From positions 1 to 38,923 of the forward strand of contig JAYULN010000569.1 of NCBI GenBank assembly GCA_043763525.1: a DNA stretch of 38,923 bases. Direction: 5' to 3'. The stretch comes from Hymenobacter sp. (GTDB lineage: Bacteria; Bacteroidota; Bacteroidia; Cytophagales; Hymenobacteraceae). The notes below the pieces were generated by a model. It searched no databases, was not told where the DNA came from, and saw only the letters and a list, made by a program, of their open reading frames with translations. This document shows, piece by piece, positions 16,497 to 24,409 of the stretch; position 1 is the first letter of the stretch, and the number at the start of each line of letters is the position of its first letter. Made by a program: the position numbers and the translations under genes.

Positions 16497-19400
16497 ATGA
16501 AAAACCTCTACTATTTTCATCCTTCGCTCGTCGTTCGCACCCCCGCCAACCCATTCGACCGGGAGTTTGACGAAGGCACCATTCTCCGGCAAGCAACCAA
16601 TCCGGCTTTTGCCGAGGCGCTGTACCTGGCTTCGCCCAGCCTGCACGACGACAGCCAAAAGCTGCACCTGGACGAGGGACTGGCCGCCAAGAAAAAGGAC
16701 AAGGTGTACCATAGCCTGGCCCGCTACTACGCCCGAATGAGCAGCCGGTGTACGCCGTTTGCCCTGTTTGCCGGGTGCGGAGTGGTGCAGTGGGGCGAGG
16801 CCACGCGCATTACCCGGGCCGGGCAGCCCGACCGCCGCCACACCCGCCTCGACATGTACTACCTGTGCGCCCTGGCCCAGCAGCTGGCCGGGCAACCCAG
16901 CGTGCAGGCGCGGCTGCGCTACTTCCCCAACAGCAGCCTGTACTCGATGGGCGAAGAAATCCGCTACACCGAATTTCGCTACGAAAAGGCCGAGCTGGTG
17001 CATCAAATCAGCGCGGTAGCAGCCTCCGAGCCGTTGCGGCTGGCCCTGGCGCACAGCCGCGCGGGCACCACCCGGCTGGACCTGGCCCACACCATGACCG
17101 ACGACAACATTACCCTGGCCGAGGCGCTGGACTTTGTGGATGAGCTCATTGAGGGGCAAATTCTCATGAGCGAGCTGGAGCCGACGGTAACGGGGCCGGA
17201 GTTCCTGCCCCACCTACGGCAAGTGCTGGCCCGCCTGCAAGCCGAGCAGCCAAGCGAGGAAATCCGGGCTATTGAGCAAATTTTGGAAGGCGTGCAGGCC
17301 GACCTGGCGGCGCTGGATAAGCCGGGGGCCGTGAACGCCAAAAGTGCATACGAGCGAATTACGCGGGCTTTGCAAGTGCTGGAAGCGCCCATCGAGCCTA
17401 ATAAGCTGTTCCAGACGGACCTGGTGTACGACCTGGCCGGCAGCACGCTGAACCAGGACCTTCAGCCGCAGCTGCTGGAAGCGTTGGAGGCCCTGACTTA
17501 CCTGGACCCGCCCGCTGGCCACGACCGGCTGGCGCAGTTCGTGTCGCTGTTCTACGCCCGGTACGAGGAACGGGAAGTGCCGCTGCTCGAAGCCCTCGAC
17601 AACGAAAGCGGCATCAGCTATTCGGAATACGGCCAACACAGCTACGCGGCGCTGGTGCATGATTTGGCCCCGCCCGCCCAGGCGGCAGCGGGCCGGTCCA
17701 TCAGCCAAAGCGACGTGCACACCTATCTGTATGAAAAGCTGCGTGCCGCCGATAGAAACGGGGATTACACCGTGGCCATCACCACGGCGGAGCTGCGGCA
17801 GTTTGCGCCTCTGGCCCGGCCGCTGCCCGCGTCGCTGTCGGTAATGTTTCGGCTGGGCGGGGCCGGGCAAATTGTGCTGGAATCGGTGGGCGGGTCGAGC
17901 GCGGCCAACCTGCTGGGCCGCTTTGCCCACGCCGCGCCGGAAATCGACCAGCTGGTGCGCGACATTACGCAGCAGGAGCAGCACCACAACCCCGCCGTGC
18001 GCTTTGCCGAAGTGTGCCACCTGCCGGCCAGCCGCATGGGCAACATTCTGCTGCGGCCCCATTTTCGGGAGCTGGAAATTCCGTACCTGGCACAGTCGAC
18101 GCTGCCGCCCGAGCAGCAGGTGGCCTTGCAGGACTTGTACCTGTCGGTGCGCCGGGGGCAGCTGGTGCTGCGCTCGCGCAAGCTCAACCAGGTCATTATT
18201 CCGCGCCTGAGCTCGGCCCACAATTACACTAACCAAGCCCTGCCCGTGTACCAGTTTTTGTGCGACCTGCAAACCCAGGGCGTGCAGTCGCACCTCAATT
18301 TCAGCTGGAAATCCATTTCCTTCTACACCAAGTTTCTGCCCCGGCTGGTGCATGGGCGGGTGGTGCTGCAAGTAGCCTCGTGGCAGCTCGATGCCGCCGA
18401 TTTCCAACCCTTGCTCAGTGCCCCCGACGCCGAGCTGGGCCCGCGCCTCCGGGCATTTTGCGCGCAGTGGCGGCTGCCGCCGCTCTTCACCCTGGCCGAC
18501 GGCGACAACGAGCTGCTCGTGGATACGCAGAACCCGGTAACCGTCCGGGCCTGGCTCGACAGCATCAAAACCCGCCCCGGCATCCTGCTCAAGGAGTTTT
18601 TGTTTGATGCCGCCCACTGCCCCGTTACCGATGCGGCGGGCCGGCCCTACATCAGCCAGTTTGTGGCCTCCCTGGTGCGGCGCACGGCCAGCTACCAGGC
18701 CCTGCCCACCCCGGCGGCCAGCCCCCAGCCGGTGCAGCGCGAGTTTGCGCTGGGCTCCGAGTGGTTCTACACCAAGCTCTACTGCGGGCAGAAAGTGGCC
18801 AACCGCCTCCTGGTCGAGCTGGTGAAGCCTCTCACCGACACCCTGCAAGCCACGGGGCTGATAGACCACTGGTTTTTCATCCGCTACGCCGACCCCGACA
18901 ACCACCTGCGCATTCGGCTGCACCTGCCCGACACCGGGCGCATCGGCGAGCTCATTCATGCCGTGAACGCGTTTCTGGAGCCATTTGTGGCGGCCGGGTA
19001 CATCTGGCGCACCCAAACCGACACCTATTGCCGCGAGCTGGAACGCTACGGCCCCCACACCATTGGGGCGGCCGAGGCCTTGTTTTGTGCCGACAGCGCC
19101 CACGCCGTGGCCCTGTTCGAGCACAGCGCCGCCGACCCCGACCCCGACACCACCCACTGGCTGTGGGGCCTGCGCCTGATTGACTCCCTGCTCGACGCGT
19201 TTACGTATTCGCTGGAACAGAAAATCGGGCTGCTGCGCCACAGCAAAGAGGCTTTTGCCCAGGAGTTCCGCCTGGACAAGGAGCTGAAGGTGCAGCTCGA
19301 TGCCAAGTACCGCCTGCACCGCAGCGCCATTCAGCAGGTGCTGCGCCGGGCCGACGGGGCCGCCCCGGCCCCCGACGAGCCGGTAGCCCTGCTGGCCTAC

Positions 19401-19634
19401 CACCGCACCGCGCCCGTGCGGCAGGCGGCGCAGCAGCTGTTGCAGCTGGCGCAGCACGGGCAGCTGGCCGTGCCCCTCGACCAGCTGCTGGGCAGCTACA
19501 TTCACATGCTGCTGAACCGTTTGATTTCGGGGCAGGCCCGGCTGCACGAGCTGGTCATCTACGACTTCCTGCACCGGCACTACCTCTCCGAGCAGGTGCG
19601 CGGCAAGGCGGCTACTTCTTGTTCCCTCCCATAA
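16497..19634 (+). CDS. lanB: Full-length class I lanthipeptide dehydratase (glutamylation and elimination domains)
   Basis: VVRTP, EALYLASP, RYYARMSSRCTPFALFAG, RLD, FQTDL, LLGRF, DGDNEL, WFYTKLY, WFFIRYADPDNHLRIRL, YCRELERYG, SYIHMLLNRL. Start taken at ATG 16497 (MKNLYYF). Confidence 0.93.
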   Translation: MKNLYYFHPSLVVRTPANPFDREFDEGTILRQATNPAFAEALYLASPSLHDDSQKLHLDEGLAAKKKDKVYHSLARYYARMSSRCTPFALFAGCGVVQWGEATRITRAGQPDRRHTRLDMYYLCALAQQLAGQPSVQARLRYFPNSSLYSMGEEIRYTEFRYEKAELVHQISAVAASEPLRLALAHSRAGTTRLDLAHTMTDDNITLAEALDFVDELIEGQILMSELEPTVTGPEFLPHLRQVLARLQAEQPSEEIRAIEQILEGVQADLAALDKPGAVNAKSAYERITRALQVLEAPIEPNKLFQTDLVYDLAGSTLNQDLQPQLLEALEALTYLDPPAGHDRLAQFVSLFYARYEEREVPLLEALDNESGISYSEYGQHSYAALVHDLAPPAQAAAGRSISQSDVHTYLYEKLRAADRNGDYTVAITTAELRQFAPLARPLPASLSVMFRLGGAGQIVLESVGGSSAANLLGRFAHAAPEIDQLVRDITQQEQHHNPAVRFAEVCHLPASRMGNILLRPHFRELEIPYLAQSTLPPEQQVALQDLYLSVRRGQLVLRSRKLNQVIIPRLSSAHNYTNQALPVYQFLCDLQTQGVQSHLNFSWKSISFYTKFLPRLVHGRVVLQVASWQLDAADFQPLLSAPDAELGPRLRAFCAQWRLPPLFTLADGDNELLVDTQNPVTVRAWLDSIKTRPGILLKEFLFDAAHCPVTDAAGRPYISQFVASLVRRTASYQALPTPAASPQPVQREFALGSEWFYTKLYCGQKVANRLLVELVKPLTDTLQATGLIDHWFFIRYADPDNHLRIRLHLPDTGRIGELIHAVNAFLEPFVAAGYIWRTQTDTYCRELERYGPHTIGAAEALFCADSAHAVALFEHSAADPDPDTTHWLWGLRLIDSLLDAFTYSLEQKIGLLRHSKEAFAQEFRLDKELKVQLDAKYRLHRSAIQQVLRRADGAAPAPDEPVALLAYHRTAPVRQAAQQLLQLAQHGQLAVPLDQLLGSYIHMLLNRLISGQARLHELVIYDFLHRHYLSEQVRGKAATSCSLP

Positions 19635-20346
19635 TTTTTTCCTGCAGGGCGCTGAAGAAAGCACTCCGGTAGGTGTCGCCCAGCGGTACGCAGGCCTTCA
19701 TGTCCTTCAGCAAAATCTGGTTGCCGTCGAGGGCCTTGATTTTGTTCAGCGACACGATGTACGACTTATGCACCCGCATAAACTGCTTGGCCGGCAGCTT
19801 CTCTTCCAGGTCTTTGATGTTGAGCAGGGTGATGATGCGGTCGTCGTGGGTGTAGATGGACACGTAGTTCTTCAGCCCTTCCACGTACACGATTTCGTCG
19901 AAATTGACCTTCGACATCTTGCCCTTGTTTTCCGTTTTCACGAAGATGTAGTCGTCCTCCTTCTCGGGCATCTGCCATTTGGCCGACGGCTCCACGAAGG
20001 AGTTCAGCGCCTTCTGGGAGGCCTTCAGAAATCGCTCGAACGCAATCGGTTTCAGCAGATAGTCCAGCGCATCCAGCTCGAAGCTCTCGACGGCAAACTC
20101 GCTGTAGGCCGTGGTCAGAATCACCTTGCTCCGCCCGTTCAGCATCCGCATGAAGTCGAGGCCCGAGAGCTGGGGCATGTGAATGTCGAGAAAAATCAAA
20201 TCAACCGGCTGGCTCTGGACCATGCCGATGGCCTCGATGGGGTTGGTGGTGGTGCCGCTGAGCGACAGAAAAGGGGTTTTGTTGATGAAGGTGCTCAGGA
20301 TGTCCAGGGCACCTTGCTCGTCATCGACAATCAGGCATGAAATCAT
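19612..20346 (-). CDS. LytTR-family response regulator
   Basis: IVDDE, IFLDIHMP, TTAYSEFA, DYLLKP, YVEGLKNYV, FMRVHKSYIV. Its 3' end overlaps the lanB 3' end by 23 nt. Confidence 0.93.
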   Translation of the reverse strand: MISCLIVDDEQGALDILSTFINKTPFLSLSGTTTNPIEAIGMVQSQPVDLIFLDIHMPQLSGLDFMRMLNGRSKVILTTAYSEFAVESFELDALDYLLKPIAFERFLKASQKALNSFVEPSAKWQMPEKEDDYIFVKTENKGKMSKVNFDEIVYVEGLKNYVSIYTHDDRIITLLNIKDLEEKLPAKQFMRVHKSYIVSLNKIKALDGNQILLKDMKACVPLGDTYRSAFFSALQEKIMGGNKK

Positions 20347-20349
20347 TTT

Positions 20350-21393
20350 TTACAGTTCTAGGTGGAGGGTGCAGGTGTAAGAGTCGGGGGCATTGTCGAC
20401 CTCGAGAGAGTACCGGTTGGGGTAAATCACGTCCAGGCGCTTGCGGGTGTTGGCCAGGCCAATGCCCGTGGTTTTTTCCTTGGGGCCGAGGCGCTTCTTG
20501 TTATGGGTGTAAAAGAAGAGCCGGTTGTTGTCGAGGCGCAGCCGGATAATGAGCGGAGCCGCCGGGTCGGCCAATTCCCCGTGCTTGAAGCAGTTTTCGA
20601 CAAACGTGATGAGCACCAGGGGCAGAATCATCAGAAACTCGCAGCACCCGTCCACCTCGAACTGAATTTGCAGCCGGTTGCTGAAACGCAGCTGGTTGAT
20701 GGTGATGTAGTTCTGCAAGTGATGCACTTCTTCTTCCAGCATCACCTTACCGTTCTCGCCGGTTTCCTTCAGGGCGTAGCGCATGATGGTGGACAGCAGC
20801 AGGATGCTCCTGGCCGCATCTTCGGACAGCGGGTACACCTGCGCGTACAGAAAGTTGAGCGCGTTGAAGAGGAAATGGGGGTTGATTTGGCTTTTGAGGA
20901 ACGCCACCTCGGCCTCGAGCAGGCTTTTTTCGGTGAGGCGCAGCTGCACCTGCTGCTGGCGCTGCCGCCGCTCGAGCCCAATGGCGTTGCGGGCAAACCA
21001 ATAGGCGAAGCTCAGCATCAGGAAATAGATGCCGCGCGACACCGTCTGGGCCCAGAACAGCTTTTCTGAGCTCACGGGCCGCAGCATGTTTTGGCCCAGC
21101 GCCGGCAGCAGCGCCATGTTCACCACGCCCCGCAGCGCCGCATACACGGCAAACAGCGCCAGCATCGTCGCTCCAAACGCCAGGTAGCGGCGGCGGGCGT
21201 ACAGCCGCGGCAGCAGCACATGCCCATTGCTGTAGAACAGCATAGCGTAGAGCAGGAAATTCAGCGCGACTTCGGCATAGTTAAAGCGCGCGGAATCAAT
21301 GAATAGTAAGAGCGAGGACTCATAAAGAATATAAAACAGCCATATAGATAAATGGGTGATTATGAGTCTTATATTTCTCGGCGCGAATGTCAT
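20350..21393 (-). CDS. LytS/YehU-type membrane histidine kinase
   Basis: About four N-terminal TM segments; LKSQINPHFLFNALN, ENCFKHG, TGIGLAN. Start taken at ATG 21393 (MTFAPRN). Confidence 0.92.
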   Translation of the reverse strand: MTFAPRNIRLIITHLSIWLFYILYESSLLLFIDSARFNYAEVALNFLLYAMLFYSNGHVLLPRLYARRRYLAFGATMLALFAVYAALRGVVNMALLPALGQNMLRPVSSEKLFWAQTVSRGIYFLMLSFAYWFARNAIGLERRQRQQQVQLRLTEKSLLEAEVAFLKSQINPHFLFNALNFLYAQVYPLSEDAARSILLLSTIMRYALKETGENGKVMLEEEVHHLQNYITINQLRFSNRLQIQFEVDGCCEFLMILPLVLITFVENCFKHGELADPAAPLIIRLRLDNNRLFFYTHNKKRLGPKEKTTGIGLANTRKRLDVIYPNRYSLEVDNAPDSYTCTLHLEL

Positions 21394-21680
21394 AGTCCTG
21401 CGGTAGCCCTGCCCCCCATCCGATGCGCAACTAAACGCGGGTAGCCATTGGCAGGGCAAAGAAGGCGAATAAGTTCTTACCCATTTAGTCACCCAGGGCG
21501 GGCAAGCCCCTATTTCCTTGACTAACAGCCGCAATTAACCATCGCGGCCCCATGGCGGGCTTTGGGGCGAGCGGCGGCCCGCCTGCTACCGCCCGGGGCG
21601 GCCCCGGGCCCCAGCCGCTCCCTGCGGAGGCTGACAATCCGGAAGTTCATCCCCCGAATGAGGGGGTTGGTGTAATAATT

Positions 21681-21711
21681 TTTGACTGGCTTCCCGTCTT
21701 CTCTAGGTTTG
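21681..21711 (+). promoter_or_regulatory. Consensus Bacteroidota housekeeping-type promoter upstream of the peptide gene
   Basis: TTTG (21681-21684), 19-nt spacer, TAGGTTTG (21704-21711), matching TTTG-N19-21-TAnnTTTG, 52 nt before ATG 21764. Confidence 0.75.
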
Positions 21712-21763
21712 TTTCATCAACAAGGCAACCACACTTCTCCTCACCTTTTTCACAACCAACCCG

Positions 21764-21895
21764 ATGAAAACCGCCAACAAAACCACTACCGCCAAATTCG
21801 GTCTGCAAAAGAAAATCGTTACCCGTTTCTCGCACACCCAAACCAGTACCAAGCCGAACTTCACCTCGCTCGACACCTGGTCGTCGTTTATGTAG
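21764..21895 (+). CDS. Putative RiPP precursor, 43 aa, Cys-free: MKTANKTTTAKFGLQKKIVTRFSHTQTSTKPNFTSLDTWSSFM
   Basis: Hand-translated (absent from the ORF track). Leader FGLQKKIVTRF resembles the LxLxKxx(I/V)xxL leader of Bacteroidota class I lanthipeptides; 10 of the last 21 residues are Ser/Thr; own promoter; lies between lanB and the lanC-like gene. Confidence 0.8.
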   Translation: MKTANKTTTAKFGLQKKIVTRFSHTQTSTKPNFTSLDTWSSFM

Positions 21896-22008
21896 AGCAC
21901 CGCGGCCGGGCTCGGGCCCGGCCAGCGGCCCCCACCCCCCGCCCCCAACATTCGCGCGCGCTTCGGCAGCCGCAGCCTGTTGATGGGAAGCTTAGCCCGC
22001 CGGCTTGC

Positions 22009-22072
22009 GACGGCCTAAGCCCGAATGGTGCCACAACTGATTGGTTGTGCGGCCATTTTGGCTTAGGCCGTC
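22009..22072. other. Long imperfect hairpin between the precursor and the lanC-like gene
   Basis: GACGGCCTAAGCC (22009-22021) pairs with GGCTTAGGCCGTC (22060-22072); inner pairs AATGG/CCATT and CACAAC/GTTGTG. Confidence 0.7.
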
Positions 22073-22149
22073 ACCAACGGGTAGCTAAAAAATAGCGAGG
22101 GAAATAATTAGCAAATCCGGGTGAGCGGGGTTCCGGCAACTACCCCGAT

Positions 22150-23346
22150 ATGGAGACACGACGCGGGCTATTCGTAAATAATAATTCGATGACAAATTGG
22201 GAAGCCATCCACGCTATTATCGAAAGCCCCACGGCTTTTCCGGCTTATAATTTAAGCGGGCTGGCCGTTTATTATTATTCGCTGTACCAGCAAACCGGCG
22301 AGGCCACTTACAACCAGCAGGCCAAACACTTATTTAATCAGCAGCTGGCCGAAATTGAGGCCCAGCTGACCAGCGCTGATTTTAACCCAAAGCACACGAA
22401 TTTTTGCGCCCTGGCCTGGCTGGACAAGCAGTGCAAACCGCTGTGGCACTACGACACCAACCTCTTCGCCCGGCTCGACCGTTGCCTGCTCGAAGAAGCC
22501 AACCGGCTTATCCGCACCACCGCAAGCCCCAACTGGGGCCCATTGCTGCACATTATGCGGTATTTTCTGGAGCGGCTGCCGGACGCAGCCGTGGCCCACT
22601 ACCTGCACGAGGTGGTGGCCATGGCGTATGGCATTACCCGGCAAAGCCTTGCCCAAACGCAGGCCGGCGGCACCATTCAGCTGGGGCTGGCCAATGGTTT
22701 GGTGGGCGAGCTGTTGGTGTTAATTGACATTTATAATACCGGAATTAAGCCGGCTATTATTCTCGATATCGTCCGCAATGGCATTACGGCGCTGCTGCAC
22801 ACCAAGCGGGAAGCGGATTTCCTGGCCGGGCGCTATTCCATTTTTCCCGATTCGGTGGACCACCGCTGGCAGGCCCCGGTGTATTCCAACAACCTGAGCT
22901 GGGGCCACGGGGTCGATTTGGGCGTTTCGCTGGTACTCTACAAGGCCCAGCAACTATTGGGCGACGATGCCGAGCTGGCCAAAATCGCGGAGCTCGTGGG
23001 CCTGAACACCTTGCTGCGCACCGAGCCGAAAACAACCGGCTTAAGCAGCTCGCAGTTCTGCCAGGGCACCGCCGGCGTGGCCTACCTCTACCACCAGCTT
23101 TTCTTGCTGAGTCATAACCCAGCTTACCAGCAGGGCTACCAGTTCTGGCTGGGCCAAACCCAAAACTGGCTCGGACAGGAGCTGCCCACCGAATTTTACC
23201 GGGGGCGCGAGCAGCGCTCGCTCTGCGGCGTGCCGGGCGTAAGCATCGCGCTGCTGGCCCTGGTAGACGAGCCGGCCAGCGCCGCCCCCCGCCGCAACCT
23301 GGCCGCCGTGGACATGGTGTGCCTGAGCAAGGCCAGCGCACTGTAG
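22150..23346 (+). CDS. LanC-like (lanthionine synthetase C fold) protein with degenerate active site
   Basis: GLAVYYYSLY; LGLANGLVG (cf. GLAHG); LSWGHGVDLG (cf. WCYGDLG); FCQGTAGVA (cf. CHGxAG); SLCGVPGV. Start may be ATG 22189. Confidence 0.82.
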   Translation: METRRGLFVNNNSMTNWEAIHAIIESPTAFPAYNLSGLAVYYYSLYQQTGEATYNQQAKHLFNQQLAEIEAQLTSADFNPKHTNFCALAWLDKQCKPLWHYDTNLFARLDRCLLEEANRLIRTTASPNWGPLLHIMRYFLERLPDAAVAHYLHEVVAMAYGITRQSLAQTQAGGTIQLGLANGLVGELLVLIDIYNTGIKPAIILDIVRNGITALLHTKREADFLAGRYSIFPDSVDHRWQAPVYSNNLSWGHGVDLGVSLVLYKAQQLLGDDAELAKIAELVGLNTLLRTEPKTTGLSSSQFCQGTAGVAYLYHQLFLLSHNPAYQQGYQFWLGQTQNWLGQELPTEFYRGREQRSLCGVPGVSIALLALVDEPASAAPRRNLAAVDMVCLSKASAL

Positions 23347-23370
23347 CAAAACACATTACGCCCTTGACCC

Positions 23371-23423
23371 GCCGCGCAGCGGCGATGCTTTCCCCCACGG
23401 AAGTGTCGCCGCTGCGCGGCTTT
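23371..23423 (+). terminator. GC-rich stem-loop after the lanC-like gene, possible terminator
   Basis: GCCGCGCAGCGGCGA (23371-23385) pairs with TCGCCGCTGCGCGGC (23406-23420), followed by only TTT. Confidence 0.5.
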
Positions 23424-23502
23424 GCGTGGTTTGGCAATGGGTTGCGACCAACGTACGCCTATCTTAAAAGCTTGGTCCAAAAATCGCGTTTGGATTAGCA
23501 AT

Positions 23503-23705
23503 GGGGTCGGCCGAAGGTTGGCACAAAACTTAGCCGGTCGGCTTGCCCACTACGGCTTTCCAGTGGCTGTGAATGACTACGCCCCGATGACGCAGGTATT
23601 TGTGGGGTCGGCCGAAAGTTTGGTGCAAAACTCAATCAGTCGGCTTGCTGGCTGCGGCTTGCCGATGACTATGAATGACGACACCCCGGTGGCACAGGTA
23701 TTTGT
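23503..23705. mobile_element. Two tandem Tn3-like element ends, each followed by a resolvase C-terminus
   Basis: GGGGTCGGCCGAAGGTTGGCACAAAAC at 23503 and GGGGTCGGCCGAAAGTTTGGTGCAAAAC at 23604. On the minus strand copy 1 encodes KYLRHRGVVIHSHWKAVVGKPTG* and copy 2 KYLCHRGVVIHSHRQAAASKPTD*. Confidence 0.7.
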
Positions 23706-24243
23706 AGAGCGTAACCTTGGAGATGTGCAGACGCTGGGCAATCTCATTCACTCCAAGTTTTTGCTCGCGGTAGAGCGTCTCGGCTACGATGGACGTGCGC
23801 ACGGCCTCTTCCGATAGCCCCCGCCGGCTGCCACCCACCCGGCCCCGCGCCCGCGCCGCAGCCAGTCCGGCATAGGTGCGCTCGCGAACCAGTTCCCGCT
23901 CAAATTCAGCCAGCGAGGCGAACAGGTTAAACACGAGTCGGCACTGGGCCGAGGTGATGTTGATGGCATCAGTGAGTGAAACCAGGCCCACGCCCCGGAA
24001 CTCCAACTCCGCCACCATGTCCAGCAAATGCTTGAGGGAACGGCCCAGCCGGTCGAGTTTGTAGATATAAACGGTGTCGCCGGGACGCAGACCGGCCAAC
24101 ATACGGTCCAACTCGGGGCACGCTTTCGCGGCCCCGGATGCTTTCTCCTAGCAAATGGTTTCACACCCAGCCTTATTTAAGGCTTCGAGTTGTAGTTCCA
24201 GATTCTGGTCGCGGGTCGAGACGCAGGCGTAGCCGATATTCAT
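23632..24243 (-). pseudogene. Serine resolvase/invertase pseudogene
   Basis: From ATG 24243: MNIGYACVSTRDQNLELQ...ETIC*EKASG; in-frame TAG at 24148-24150; YARVST changed to YACVST; downstream KLDRLGRS, LAEFERELVRERT and C-terminal HTH. Confidence 0.9.
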
Positions 24244-24249
24244 GGTACA

Positions 24250-24409
24250 AGTACAGGTTTATCGTCGCGAAGGCAACCTTGTTTGCACTTTGATTGCTGA
24301 ACAAGTTTTCTGAACCGATTCCGTCCGTTTTGACTGACATTTGCGGTCGTTCAGCATAGCCGCCGACTTGTTCAGTCAAACGAGGGTTTTGATTTTTGGC
24401 CAAAAATCA
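24250..24409. promoter_or_regulatory. Probable res site/promoter region of the resolvase
   Basis: Upstream of the resolvase with repeated TGAAC/GTTCAG half-sites (GCTGAACAAGTTTTCTGAACC, CGTTCAGCATA, TGTTCAGTCAAACG), ending in a 20-bp palindrome at 24390-24409. Confidence 0.45.

Noticed and set aside
16497-19634. Thiopeptide cluster interpretation
   Set aside because: LanB is fused rather than split, and no YcaO, azole dehydrogenase or separate pyridine synthase gene is present; the precursor has no Cys.
19612-19634. Convergent overlap of lanB and the LytTR gene as a regulatory device
   Set aside because: Short 3' overlaps are common; nothing further supports a function.
17214-19664. 816-aa ORF antisense to lanB
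   Set aside because: Mirror frame of lanB with no domain signal.
21682-22095. 137-aa ORF overlapping the precursor
   Set aside because: Begins inside the promoter with a non-ATG start and has low-complexity composition; the 43-aa ORF in another frame fits the promoter and leader motif better.
23503-23705. CRISPR-like repeat-spacer array
   Set aside because: Only two units, and the 'spacers' are homologous to each other and encode resolvase C-termini; no cas genes.
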